Shown: in pieces, positions 47,674 through 56,778 of the stretch
How the letters are laid out: each line of letters starts with the position of its first letter
Numbering within the stretch: the stretch's first letter is position 1
Source of the DNA: a virus
Taxonomy: Duplodnaviria; Heunggongvirae; Uroviricota; Caudoviricetes
DNA length: 64,000 nt
Direction: 5' to 3' (one strand)
Virus record (IMG/VR): IMGVR_UViG_3300032293_000813
Location: 87,000-150,999 of that record
Position numbers and translations under genes: made by a program
The notes under the pieces: generated by a model
Database searches by the model: none
The model's input: the letters and a program-made list of their open reading frames with translations, nothing else
What the model was told of the DNA's origin: nothing

Positions 47674-47800
47674 TTTCTTAATTTATTATTGAAATACCAA
47701 AATGGAAATCTTACACCAAAATAAATTCCCACACCTAATGTCGCGAGTAACAAAATTGGGAGAAGAATTATAGATATCAATATATCACTAATCCGTTTCA

Positions 47801-48067
47801 TTAGATAGAATTATATATTCCTATTGCTCCTACTATTAACCAAAATGTATTCATTATGATGTATGGTTTGTTATCTCTTTCCCATGCACAATAAGTAAGT
47901 ATTATCGCATCGATAGTATTCCATACCCACATCCAAAAGAATGGAGTATCCTTTCCCATTACGGATAACATACCAAATGCAGCAATTCTCATTACCACAC
48001 CTACACCTTCCATAAGTTCTAATACTTTATCTGATTTGATTAACTTACCCTTTGTTTGTTGTTTCAT
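47801..48067 (-). CDS. small membrane protein (2-3 TM)
   Basis: Hydrophobic ORF. Confidence 0.4.
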   Translation of the reverse strand: MKQQTKGKLIKSDKVLELMEGVGVVMRIAAFGMLSVMGKDTPFFWMWVWNTIDAIILTYCAWERDNKPYIIMNTFWLIVGAIGIYNSI

Positions 48068-48187
48068 TACTTATTCTTTTTCCATTTTTATAAACCCACA
48101 ATTCATCTACCCCATCTTTGGTTACGATGATTGTAATTATTTCGTCTTTAACAAAACGGTAACGTATCCATCCCCATATCTTTTTTA

Positions 48188-48526
48188 TTATTTCCATAAA
48201 ATTTGAATTCCTAATATTGTTGCCGCTAATAATAAACAGATTAATGTTTTAGTAGTTAGTGGTTCTTTAAACATTAACATACTCAATGTTACAAATACAA
48301 CTATACCAATCCCAAACCCAATCAATCGTGAAGGCCATAGTTGTCCATCGAAGTGATTAACAAACCCTTCAACCGATTTAATATAAAACCATCCGGCAGG
48401 AATAGAACTTAACAGAATTATAATTGGATATTTCTCATACCAACCAAATTTTACACTACCCTGCAATTGTAGGAAAGAAAATATCTGACCTAACACTCCG
48501 AAGAAAAACCCTTTTAATAAATCCAT
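48188..48526 (-). CDS. membrane protein (3 TM)
   Basis: Hydrophobic ORF; degenerate promoter motif gtaaagatacgaaaaaaaa upstream (48531-48550). Confidence 0.4.
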   Translation of the reverse strand: MDLLKGFFFGVLGQIFSFLQLQGSVKFGWYEKYPIIILLSSIPAGWFYIKSVEGFVNHFDGQLWPSRLIGFGIGIVVFVTLSMLMFKEPLTTKTLICLLLAATILGIQILWK

Positions 48527-48565
48527 AGTTTGTAAAGATACGAAAAAAAATTGATATTAACAAAT

Positions 48566-48787
48566 CTAATTCAAGCAGATTTCTCCGAACTTAGATTCAA
48601 ATCCAATCTTTGTTACCATCGCAGTTGTCTGTTCCCATAGTGGTTCAACATCATCGAACTCACCCATATCATGTCGTTGCATAGAATAGAATAGTGCAAC
48701 TTTAAATGCATCGTATCGGTCTAATCCTTTACTCATACACATCTTTACTACCTCATCTAATTCTTCCTGCAGTTGTTCTTTATCCAT
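48566..48787 (-). CDS. hypothetical small protein
   Basis: ORF tiling. Confidence 0.35.
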   Translation of the reverse strand: MDKEQLQEELDEVVKMCMSKGLDRYDAFKVALFYSMQRHDMGEFDDVEPLWEQTTAMVTKIGFESKFGEICLN

Positions 48788-48798
48788 AACAATAAATA

Positions 48799-49227
48799 TT
48801 AATATTCTTTAACTACCCAATTAGATGGATTAGCTAATCTAACTTCGTACTTACCGATATCATTCTTAATTAAATACCTTTTAGTATTACGATTCTTATA
48901 AGGTATCAATAAGTTTTTCAAACAATAAGCGAAAGTATTAGAACCATTAAGGGATTTGTAATATTCTTGCATATCTTTGTGAGTTACTGAACCTCTAATT
49001 CCTACATAATCTAAAACTGATTGAGCAGTACCTTCACCTCTAAAGTTAGGTTTGCTTGAATTCATTGCGTTATGCAATTGGATTAAGTTCAATAGATATC
49101 CAGCCCTATCGGCTATCTTATCTATCTCAGCCTCTGTACGGTTGGCAATCCATCTATCACTATTAAACAATTCATTCAATCCGATTTCAACAGTCTTAAG
49201 TTGTTCTGGTGTTAAATCTAATTTCAT
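48799..49227 (-). CDS. hypothetical protein
   Basis: ORF tiling. Confidence 0.4.
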   Translation of the reverse strand: MKLDLTPEQLKTVEIGLNELFNSDRWIANRTEAEIDKIADRAGYLLNLIQLHNAMNSSKPNFRGEGTAQSVLDYVGIRGSVTHKDMQEYYKSLNGSNTFAYCLKNLLIPYKNRNTKRYLIKNDIGKYEVRLANPSNWVVKEY

Positions 49228-49237
49228 ATTTTATATT

Positions 49238-49471
49238 TTATTTATTAACAATTTCAATTTCTTCAACAAATGAACCATCTTCAAATCGATACATTCTACT
49301 TAACTCAATGATTTCGATTACACATCTACCTTCATCGGAATCTAAAATGTTTTCACACTCATCCCAAACCCAAGGGATATCTTTACCATCTAACATACCA
49401 CAAAATTCACTTGCGGTTAAAGAATGGGCTTCATACTCTAAAAATTCTAATAACTCTTTTACCTTACTCAT
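49238..49471 (-). CDS. hypothetical small acidic protein
   Basis: ORF tiling. Confidence 0.35.
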   Translation of the reverse strand: MSKVKELLEFLEYEAHSLTASEFCGMLDGKDIPWVWDECENILDSDEGRCVIEIIELSRMYRFEDGSFVEEIEIVNK

Positions 49472-49482
49472 AATTTTATATT

Positions 49483-49683
49483 TTATTCGTTTATAAATTT
49501 ACCATCCACAAAACATATATTGGTATCATCTTCCAATAGGATGTTATAATACCCATCGTTGAAATTGGTCAAACATACATCCAACCATTCAAAGTTGATG
49601 TTATTCTCTTCCAACCACTTATCAAATGTAACAGCATCCATTCCGTTACTATTAGCTTTCTTAAGAATTTCTGAAGTTTTCAT
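49483..49683 (-). CDS. hypothetical small protein
   Basis: ORF tiling. Confidence 0.35.
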   Translation of the reverse strand: MKTSEILKKANSNGMDAVTFDKWLEENNINFEWLDVCLTNFNDGYYNILLEDDTNICFVDGKFINE

Positions 49684-49796
49684 ATTACTTAATGTTTAAA
49701 AGGTTACGGAAATAATTTGAAAGGATTTCAAATAATGAAGGTTCTTCCATCATTATCACATCAACATAGGCTTTAATACATCTACTCATTTTGTTT

Positions 49797-49897
49797 ATCT
49801 TTTGTTACATAGTAAAGATACGAAAAAGCGTGGAACTAGCAAGCATTTAACCAATTATTTTAAAAAAAGTTTATTGAGAATCAATGAGTTATAAGTC
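49797..49897 (-). promoter_or_regulatory. intergenic promoter cassette copy (blocks A/B/C, near-consensus)
   Basis: tttgttacatagtaaagatacgaaaaag / ctagcaagcatttaaccaattatttt / ttattgagaatcaatgagttataag. Confidence 0.55.
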
Positions 49898-49909
49898 GTT
49901 GATAACCAA

Positions 49910-50218
49910 CTACTTAAGAGTTAACATATCTCCAATCGTTTGTGCTATGTGGGATGGGCCTTTTTTCAACTCCCAAACACCCAATAACCTTCTAATTGGT
50001 ATTCCACCTCCTAAGTCATCACTCCAAAACCATAATTCATAAAGGGCAGTATCACCTTCACCGATTGGAGTTCGTTCTATATTAACCTGAATAGTTTTCC
50101 TTCTATTATATTTGTACAATTGTATTAGGTAAGTGGTATTCAATGTTTCCACTTTACCAACTCTCCATTCACCCGCATCCATTTTGTAAAGTTTGGATAT
50201 GTTCTCTATGGTTAACAT
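49910..50218 (-). CDS. tandem small-paralog family member 1 (MLTIENI...)
   Basis: Shared N-terminal M(L/I)TIKNY-type motif with downstream neighbours. Confidence 0.45.
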   Translation of the reverse strand: MLTIENISKLYKMDAGEWRVGKVETLNTTYLIQLYKYNRRKTIQVNIERTPIGEGDTALYELWFWSDDLGGGIPIRRLLGVWELKKGPSHIAQTIGDMLTLK

Positions 50219-50511
50219 TAGTATATTAGATTTTCAATGGCGGAACAAAATGAATCCATATCGGAAATTTGTGCTTTGTTTAATAGAACGTATGAAGAAC
50301 CGTATTCCAATTTATACATCCCTACTTTGACACGATTAGGATAACGGTGCAACTTTACATCTCTTTTATGAGAACCCAACATATCATTTATAAAGATACG
50401 ATAGACGGCACGGTCGGTAACCATATTGGCGATAATGAAATCCAAACCGATTGTACGGCCGGAAAGCTTATCCATATTTTCTATTGTTAATAATCCATGC
50501 GTTCTATTCAT
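50218..50511 (-). CDS. tandem small-paralog family member 2 (..LLTIENM..)
   Basis: Motif at residues 7-13; ATGA start/stop overlap with member 1. Confidence 0.4.
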   Translation of the reverse strand: MNRTHGLLTIENMDKLSGRTIGLDFIIANMVTDRAVYRIFINDMLGSHKRDVKLHRYPNRVKVGMYKLEYGSSYVLLNKAQISDMDSFCSAIENLIY

Positions 50512-50578
50512 ATATTCAGTTTTCTTTTATTATACTCCCACCGGTCCTAAAACCCGTCCACTAAGATTTTTTGATACA

Positions 50579-50911
50579 TTAAACATCCCATACCTGTCTC
50601 CCATAGATACACACTAACTCACCAAATATCCTCATCTCGTCCATTTCGGAAAACAAAATCTGCAAAGGTTGATGACCTCCATGTGGATTATGAACGGGCT
50701 CTAACCTATACCACCGCCCATCTATACTATCGGTATGAGTTTCCTTCCACAACATAAGAGCAAGAAAATCCTTTGTCTCACCACTCTCCTTCAACTCCAT
50801 CATAAAGTGGTAATATGCTCCCCTCTCCGTTACATCGTTGATAATAATATAGTATCCACCACTTTGTAGCCCAAACCCAACAAGCTTTTTATAGTTTTGA
50901 ATCCTTAACAT
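50579..50911 (-). CDS. tandem small-paralog family member 3 (MLRIQNY)
   Basis: N-terminal motif. Confidence 0.4.
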   Translation of the reverse strand: MLRIQNYKKLVGFGLQSGGYYIIINDVTERGAYYHFMMELKESGETKDFLALMLWKETHTDSIDGRWYRLEPVHNPHGGHQPLQILFSEMDEMRIFGELVCIYGRQVWDV

Positions 50912-51231
50912 TACGCTATACTATCTTTATGATTCTCCAATGTACTCTCAACTAATTCGTAAAGAAGAACGGAATGGAGGATATCCTTTGGTTGTAACAT
51001 ATAAATACACCTCCAACTCGCACCCACTTGGAACACTTCACATTTATACACCTTACCCACTAACCCATCCGATAATATCCTCTCTATTCGGCAAGTTACG
51101 GGTTGCTTATCTCCAATACGTTGCTCAAAGACGAATACATAATAATCCGCCCCTTCGAACGCCTTTGCCAAATCCCATCCGTATATAACGCCGGAAGTGA
51201 GGTCTTTATCATATCGTTTGATTGTTAACAT
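50911..51231 (-). CDS. tandem small-paralog family member 4 (MLTIKRY)
   Basis: N-terminal motif. Confidence 0.45.
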   Translation of the reverse strand: MLTIKRYDKDLTSGVIYGWDLAKAFEGADYYVFVFEQRIGDKQPVTCRIERILSDGLVGKVYKCEVFQVGASWRCIYMLQPKDILHSVLLYELVESTLENHKDSIA

Positions 51232-51593
51232 ACACGGTCTAATTGGCGGATAAGTGAATAAATGAATACGTTAGGCGAAACGAAATCATTGTAATGGAAA
51301 TAAAAAGAGTTCTCCTTCATAGACGGACCATAAAGATTCATCCTATAGTGGTCGTGGTCGTTATACATAGGTAGAGTATGTAGATAAGAAGAATACTCTG
51401 TTCCCCCATAGTTAAACCCTATACGATACTGAGGTTCTGATACACTATCCTCTAAGTAAGTATCTACCCATAGGAACTCAATCGTATTACTATATGGATG
51501 TGCACGGACACCTAAGTCGTGTATCCCCATTAGTTTATCCTTTATATTCTTTATCTGTAGTACCTTACCACTCTGTATATACTTAATACTCAT
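51225..51593 (-). CDS. hypothetical protein in paralog array (MSIKYIQSG...IKNIKDK)
   Basis: Weak motif similarity. Confidence 0.35.
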   Translation of the reverse strand: MSIKYIQSGKVLQIKNIKDKLMGIHDLGVRAHPYSNTIEFLWVDTYLEDSVSEPQYRIGFNYGGTEYSSYLHTLPMYNDHDHYRMNLYGPSMKENSFYFHYNDFVSPNVFIYSLIRQLDRVC

Positions 51594-51605
51594 AACATTG
51601 TTGAT

Positions 51606-51938
51606 TTACCCGCAACTATTTTCTAATACCTTTAACATCTCTCTTTCTATAAACCACTTATCCTTAATCTCATCCTTAGTAAGATGGCTATGAGAGAACC
51701 CACCACCCTCGCCAGGAGATTTTAATTGTTGCGATTGTATTCGGTAGAGTATCGGTTCTTCGCTCCGCCTATCTCTACTTATGGCAACATCGAACATAGG
51801 ATAGTTCCACCCACTTATACTCTCAAATCGGAATGTGTACCAATCTTCTAACTCCTCCGTATGTTTGCATTGATATAACTTCCCCTTAATAGAGAAAACA
51901 AAATCAATCCAAATGTTATGGTTCTTAATCGTTATCAT
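51606..51938 (-). CDS. tandem small-paralog family member (MITIKNH)
   Basis: N-terminal motif. Confidence 0.45.
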   Translation of the reverse strand: MITIKNHNIWIDFVFSIKGKLYQCKHTEELEDWYTFRFESISGWNYPMFDVAISRDRRSEEPILYRIQSQQLKSPGEGGGFSHSHLTKDEIKDKWFIEREMLKVLENSCG

Positions 51939-52255
51939 TATCTATAAGGTTTATATGATTCCATTATCTTAACACACTTTTCTATCCACTCCCAATGATA
52001 CTCTAATACCAAACGATTAACTACTCCACTCCATAGAGGTTGTGTACCTGGTGTAGTAGTGAACATCATCATAGGTAGTTCCCCTTTAGCGTTCTCAAAC
52101 TTCCTACCTAAAAAGATTTGGTATTGATGTCTTCCCTTCGAACCTATATCCGTCCAAAGGAAAACGTAATTATCCCCAATCTCCATAACGGAATCCAATT
52201 GCCATCCTAAGAAATGAGCACCCTCTCCTAATTTATAGTTCTTAATTGTTATCAT
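51938..52255 (-). CDS. tandem small-paralog family member (MITIKNY)
   Basis: N-terminal motif. Confidence 0.45.
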   Translation of the reverse strand: MITIKNYKLGEGAHFLGWQLDSVMEIGDNYVFLWTDIGSKGRHQYQIFLGRKFENAKGELPMMMFTTTPGTQPLWSGVVNRLVLEYHWEWIEKCVKIMESYKPYR

Positions 52256-52256
52256 A

Positions 52257-52556
52257 CTAAAATGGATTATCTCTTAATACACCTTCTAATTGCCCTACCA
52301 TATTGTCTTTATCCGCAATCCAATTAGCAGTTACCGATACCTTTATATCTCTACCATTCAATAGAATATCATAGATGGGAGACCCTTCGTAATCCTTAAA
52401 TGATTCCCTTCTCAACCCAATAAGGCAAGTAAATCCCCCTTCGTTTATTATTTGTATATCGTAGAACCTATCATACTCACTCACCTGTTGAATATGGTAT
52501 CTTCCTCCTAAGAACTCCGTTTGTAATAACTTTTGGTATCCTTTAATTGTTAGCAT
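52257..52556 (-). CDS. tandem small-paralog family member (MLTIKGY; ORF extends to 52586 but the internal Met restores the family N-terminus)
   Basis: Internal start at residue 11 gives MLTIKGYQKL. Confidence 0.4.
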   Translation of the reverse strand: MLTIKGYQKLLQTEFLGGRYHIQQVSEYDRFYDIQIINEGGFTCLIGLRRESFKDYEGSPIYDILLNGRDIKVSVTANWIADKDNMVGQLEGVLRDNPF

Positions 52557-52818
52557 CGGTATAAGTTTCGTTATAGTATGCCTCAATATCTTCCCTACCT
52601 ACATTATGTGTACATCCAAATGCAAAATCTATTGTCTGATTCTTCTCCATCTCTAAGTAGTTCCTCTTAAACATCTCCCAATGAATTGAATCGGTTTGTA
52701 AATCCTTCATCAACTCTATTCGTTGGAGGGCTAGTGTAAGTGCTGTTTTCATATTATAAATTAAATTTTTTAAATCTCCAATCTCCTGCCTCCCCATCAA
52801 AACCACCTCTATCCGCAA
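52543..52818 (-). CDS. hypothetical small protein (overlaps both neighbours; real start probably internal)
   Basis: ORF overlaps its neighbours by 14-65 nt. Confidence 0.25.
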   Translation of the reverse strand: MRIEVVLMGRQEIGDLKNLIYNMKTALTLALQRIELMKDLQTDSIHWEMFKRNYLEMEKNQTIDFAFGCTHNVGREDIEAYYNETYTDANN

Positions 52819-53122
52819 TATCTAATATGTTCTCTAAGAATTGGGTAAAGTTATCCAATGAAATCATATCTTGCGTAGTTACTCCCATAGGATATGATTT
52901 TTGCTTAGTCCAATCGTATATCCATAGTTGATATCGGTAATTAAGTCCTTTACTCCTAATCTCTATAGCCTCTCTTACGATATCCATTCGGTATTGGTTC
53001 TTAGATGTATTCAATTTTATCACATATAGTTCGGTTAAGGTATCCATACCATCAATTCTAAATCTATCTGATACCACTTTGGTAGCCATTGAATAAAATC
53101 CTTTTATATCTAATCGTTTCAT
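52754..53122 (-). CDS. hypothetical protein in paralog array (MKRLDIKGFY)
   Basis: Weak motif similarity. Confidence 0.35.
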   Translation of the reverse strand: MKRLDIKGFYSMATKVVSDRFRIDGMDTLTELYVIKLNTSKNQYRMDIVREAIEIRSKGLNYRYQLWIYDWTKQKSYPMGVTTQDMISLDNFTQFLENILDIADRGGFDGEAGDWRFKKFNL

Positions 53123-53127
53123 ATAGT

Positions 53128-53445
53128 TTATCGTTTATCTTTGAAGTATCTTTTAATTACTGAGTATAATTGGTATCGGAACTCTTCAGCTCCTCTTTTT
53201 AAGTTACTATAACTGAGGGTATGTTGTACATATACTCCATCTACTTTAATCTGCAATGAACCATTCTGATTAGGTTCTTTAATTAAGTGAACCTTTATAA
53301 CCTCACCCCAACCTCCAATTACATATTCGAATTCGTAAGCCCCTTCCCAATTAATAGATGTTACACAATGTGCCAATACTGAACCATCGGATTTAACTAT
53401 ATCTCCTTTTATCTTATCGTGTCCGTTTATGTTGATATACTTCAT
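53128..53445 (-). CDS. hypothetical protein in paralog array (MKYININGHD)
   Basis: Weak motif similarity. Confidence 0.35.
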   Translation of the reverse strand: MKYININGHDKIKGDIVKSDGSVLAHCVTSINWEGAYEFEYVIGGWGEVIKVHLIKEPNQNGSLQIKVDGVYVQHTLSYSNLKRGAEEFRYQLYSVIKRYFKDKR

Positions 53446-53712
53446 TCTATTGATTGATTACCGAAGATACAAAAAATGCCCCATATAACCAAATTTTTTT
53501 TAGTGAAATTTTCCCATTGGTGGGTTTATATATATTTTTTCTCACGGAGGTAAAAGTCATCCCAAATATGCAAGTGTACCCCTGCCACCTCTAAGCCATT
53601 CATAATCAACGAGTTACATAGAACCTAAAGGGATATGGTGGCCTCCTCTCACGCTACAGTGCATAAAATGTGGATAACTTGTCTACAATTGTGAATTCGT
53701 TTCTCACCCTAT

Positions 53713-53737
53713 GTTGTTACATAATGTTACATATGTG
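53713..53737. repeat. tandem TGTTACATA repeats
   Basis: gttgttacataatgttacatatgtg; the same core occurs in block A of the promoter cassette and in the 57111-57140 array. Confidence 0.5.
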
Positions 53738-53740
53738 AAT

Positions 53741-54055
53741 TTAGCTCTTAATACCCCATAGGAGAATTTGTTCCATTGCCCTGTTCTTTGGAGGGGTGGG
53801 TATATAAGAGGATGATACACCTAGCGCTGAAGCCCATTCATTAAAGGGTACTTGCTCTATAGGTACTACACTCTTACTTACTACTGCTCCATTAGGTAAC
53901 TTATGTGCTACCTCATATAGTATCTCTATACTGTTACTATGGTTACTCTCTCTACTACTGTTAATGTTACTCATATAGTTTGTTTTAACTGAATTATTTT
54001 TTGTTTCCGCCAAGCACCTCTTTTGCCCATAGGTAGTAGTAGCGGGGTATAGCAA
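53741..54055 (-). CDS. hypothetical protein
   Basis: ORF tiling. Confidence 0.35.
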   Translation of the reverse strand: MLYPATTTYGQKRCLAETKNNSVKTNYMSNINSSRESNHSNSIEILYEVAHKLPNGAVVSKSVVPIEQVPFNEWASALGVSSSYIPTPPKNRAMEQILLWGIKS

Positions 54056-54197
54056 AGGTTAGGGTTATATAGAGGAGTACTGTCTCCCCAAAGTTTAACC
54101 TCTTCCCCATAGCCTTCAATTGTCTATGTGTGGACCGAATTGGGAAAAAAAGTAAAATCCACCATACCCATAGGGCGATTAAAAAGTTACTACTCAT
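53994..54197 (-). CDS. small membrane protein
   Basis: Hydrophobic ORF; overlaps the previous ORF so one of the starts is uncertain. Confidence 0.3.
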   Translation of the reverse strand: MSSNFLIALWVWWILLFFPIRSTHRQLKAMGKRLNFGETVLLYITLTFAIPRYYYLWAKEVLGGNKK

Positions 54198-54200
54198 ATC

Positions 54201-54641
54201 TTATTTGTTATTAATGAATGCTTTACAGCTATGGAACTTAGTGTTCATAGCCTTCCATATATTCCAATCAATCATCTTAGGGAAAGCCCCATGCATATCA
54301 CCTACTGTCAAACTCTCTAATAGGTTCTTCTCTATACTATGCCATTTACCACCCTTAGTAGTTAGAATGTGAAACCAATAAGATTTTCCTCCAATCATTC
54401 TCTCCATCTCTACTACAGTGGTGTTCTTACTTAGGTAGTATGGCAAGTTCTCTATTGTACACTCTACATCACCAATGACGGGGAAGCCGGCTCTTGCCTT
54501 AGCAGTATATCTGAATCGGTACTCTGTTCCCAACTCTGTTAGATTACTTACTCCCACTCGGTTACCATTAATGTTGATAGTACCATAGAATACATTTCCA
54601 CCCATTGAATCTGTGTTAATTTTAATTAAAGGATTGTTCAT
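54201..54641 (-). CDS. hypothetical protein (N-terminus ..LIKINTD..)
   Basis: ORF tiling. Confidence 0.4.
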   Translation of the reverse strand: MNNPLIKINTDSMGGNVFYGTININGNRVGVSNLTELGTEYRFRYTAKARAGFPVIGDVECTIENLPYYLSKNTTVVEMERMIGGKSYWFHILTTKGGKWHSIEKNLLESLTVGDMHGAFPKMIDWNIWKAMNTKFHSCKAFINNK

Positions 54642-54774
54642 ATTATGAAGGTTTATTTACGATTTCAGTACGAGGTAGGGGTTCGATTTCAATTGGGGTA
54701 ACCCTCATTCTACACTCGTGACCGGTGTACATAAGGAAGGTAATAAGGGAAACCAATTGTATCTTTCTCAAACT

Positions 54775-54830
54775 CATATAGTAAAGGTAGGGCTTTCAGC
54801 TCATATATCCAAGCATTTCCCCAACTATTT
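54775..54830 (-). promoter_or_regulatory. partial promoter cassette (blocks A'/B)
   Basis: atagtaaaggtagg...catatatccaagcatttccccaactattttt. Confidence 0.4.
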
Positions 54831-54841
54831 TTAAACTATTT

Positions 54842-55108
54842 TTAGTGTTCAATCATCGAAATCGGAACATTGTATGAACCGAACCCACCTACTATACCCA
54901 ATGTGGCCTTAGTTCGGTTTATCCTATTGACTACCAACTCCTTACCGGCTAACTTAGGGTGATTTACTTTAACTACCATACCTACTGATAAAGCCCTCTT
55001 CTTATAGGAAGTTTCAGTAGCTCTTTTAAACTTAATCATATTAACTACAGCTTCGTTTAGGGAACGTAGTTCTGATAGGGACAGGGAGGATAATTGTGAA
55101 ATGTTCAT
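54842..55108 (-). CDS. hypothetical small protein
   Basis: ORF tiling. Confidence 0.35.
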   Translation of the reverse strand: MNISQLSSLSLSELRSLNEAVVNMIKFKRATETSYKKRALSVGMVVKVNHPKLAGKELVVNRINRTKATLGIVGGFGSYNVPISMIEH

Positions 55109-55119
55109 ATTAAAGGGGT

Positions 55120-55359
55120 TTATTTGTTTTTAAAAATTGATTCAATAGAGGTAGGAGAGTAATCAGGTAGCTTTAACCAATTAACTAAGTCACATACGGT
55201 GGTGTAACGTAAATTCGTCCAATTGGTTACCTCTCTCATTTCCGTTAACATACTACCAATGGTGTTTGGGAAAGAAGGTTCGGTGCTTAGTAGATACTCC
55301 AAATGATTTGAATTCAGTCGGTAGTATAGGGAATGTGGGTTGTATTTCATATCTCTCAT
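55120..55359 (-). CDS. hypothetical small protein
   Basis: ORF tiling. Confidence 0.35.
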   Translation of the reverse strand: MRDMKYNPHSLYYRLNSNHLEYLLSTEPSFPNTIGSMLTEMREVTNWTNLRYTTVCDLVNWLKLPDYSPTSIESIFKNK

Positions 55360-55364
55360 TGTTT

Positions 55365-55466
55365 ATATAATAAAGATAGGTAATAGGGACCATATATCCA
55401 AGCATTTACCGAATTATTTTCTGTTTCCGTGAAAATAATCTGTCTGAGTATCAACGACTTATAACG
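55365..55466 (-). promoter_or_regulatory. promoter cassette copy (blocks A'/B/C)
   Basis: ataaagataggtaa / catatatccaagcatttaccgaattatttt / gagtatcaacgacttataac. Confidence 0.5.
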
Positions 55467-55483
55467 GATTGGCTGATAGAGGG

Positions 55484-55732
55484 TTAGTAACTTATCTCAA
55501 TAGGTGAACCATTGTATGAGTAACCACATCTGTATCCATAATCAGGTAGGGTGATGTGGTATATACCTTCGTTTAGATTCGTAGGGGATACTACCAATGG
55601 CTCGATTCGGATGCCGGCTAGTTCACAATACGCTTCGAACTCAGTAGGTTTCATACCAGGTCCACCTTCGACAATTTCACATAGGTTCATTAGGGATTTA
55701 ATACGGCTCATAGTAGCGGGGCTAATATTCAT
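55484..55732 (-). CDS. hypothetical small protein
   Basis: Last minus-strand gene before the strand switch. Confidence 0.35.
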   Translation of the reverse strand: MNISPATMSRIKSLMNLCEIVEGGPGMKPTEFEAYCELAGIRIEPLVVSPTNLNEGIYHITLPDYGYRCGYSYNGSPIEISY

Positions 55733-55775
55733 AGGGTTAGGGGTTAAGGGGTTTAAATTTTTTTTCTCTCTCTCA

Positions 55776-55857
55776 TTACTTAGTAAACATACGAATAAGG
55801 ATTGATATACACAAATTTATTTGAAATTAATCTCCCTCAGTATCAACGAGTTATAAG
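55776..55857 (-). promoter_or_regulatory. diverged promoter cassette copy (blocks A''/C)
   Basis: ttacttagtaaacatacgaataagg ... cagtatcaacgagttataagg. Confidence 0.4.
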
Positions 55858-56006
55858 GTATTGGTTCTCAACGAGTTAGGGACCGGCTGTCTCTCTATCT
55901 ATTCCCGCCCTACCACCCTATAAAGATACGGCTTTCCGTCCACAAAGTCAAGCAAAATCCGATTTATTTTTCCACAAGTTATCCACATTGACGGAGTAGA
56001 CGATAT

Positions 56007-56102
56007 GAGACGGTGTTACACAGCCCTCCAAATCGGAAGATGATGTCAGACTATATCAGACGGTATCACACAGTATCCCAAATAGGGGACTGGTTTACAC
56101 AG
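56007..56102. repeat. iteron-like direct repeats in the divergent intergenic region
   Basis: gagacggtgttacacag (56007-56023), cagacggtatcacacag (56057-56073), gactggtttacacag (56088-56102). Confidence 0.5.
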
Positions 56103-56232
56103 CATTAGACTTGTCGACCATGCTAACAGAACTTCTTGCCCTATCGCAAGGTTATGATAATCAATCAGTTATGCTTCACTACAAATTGCCCTATGTAATA
56201 AATCGTAGGAAAAAGAAAAAATAATTGTTAAA

Positions 56233-56532
56233 ATGCTTGGATATATCGATACTAAGCCCTATCTTTACTATATAAACGATAAACATATGAATAGAACCGA
56301 CAGTAAGTTAATAGAACTAAACGAAGTAGTGGGTACGGAAGTATCAGAAAACTTCTCTCCTACCCTCAGAGCTAAACTGATTCACGTAGATGAGTATCAC
56401 GGAACTTGTCTTATGGAGGTAGTTCCCTCTCCCTATGTATCTATGGTGCAAGGTGGTTCACTAAATAATGATAGAGTTGGTGAAAGGTATCACGCTCCTG
56501 TCTATCGTATTCACAATGCTTATTTCTTTTAA
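56233..56532 (+). CDS. hypothetical protein (first gene of plus-strand mini-operon)
   Basis: ORF; strand switch. Confidence 0.45.
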   Translation: MLGYIDTKPYLYYINDKHMNRTDSKLIELNEVVGTEVSENFSPTLRAKLIHVDEYHGTCLMEVVPSPYVSMVQGGSLNNDRVGERYHAPVYRIHNAYFF

Positions 56533-56544
56533 ACCAAATAAAAA

Positions 56545-56775
56545 ATGAAAAAATACAGAAACTACAAAGTTGAATCAGCTCCCTCTCCCACATTCCCATC
56601 TATGGTCTCAGTTACCCTTAAGAGTGGTGGTATTAAAAAATTCGTAACACCTGAAAAGGCTGAGTTGTGGATTGAAGAACAAATCGCTCTGAAGGCAATC
56701 AATGGTGGTGCTAAACAGGCCAAAGCAGACCTAATGGATATGGGGTTATTACCATTTGAATTTAAAACCGCATAG
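56545..56775 (+). CDS. hypothetical small protein
   Basis: ORF, 12 nt after the previous one. Confidence 0.45.
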   Translation: MKKYRNYKVESAPSPTFPSMVSVTLKSGGIKKFVTPEKAELWIEEQIALKAINGGAKQAKADLMDMGLLPFEFKTA

Positions 56776-56778
56776 AGT

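Noticed and set aside
54661-54700. tRNA-like T-arm motif GGGGTTCGATTTC
   Set aside because: No complementary T-stem 3' strand, acceptor stem or anticodon arm on either strand; likely chance.
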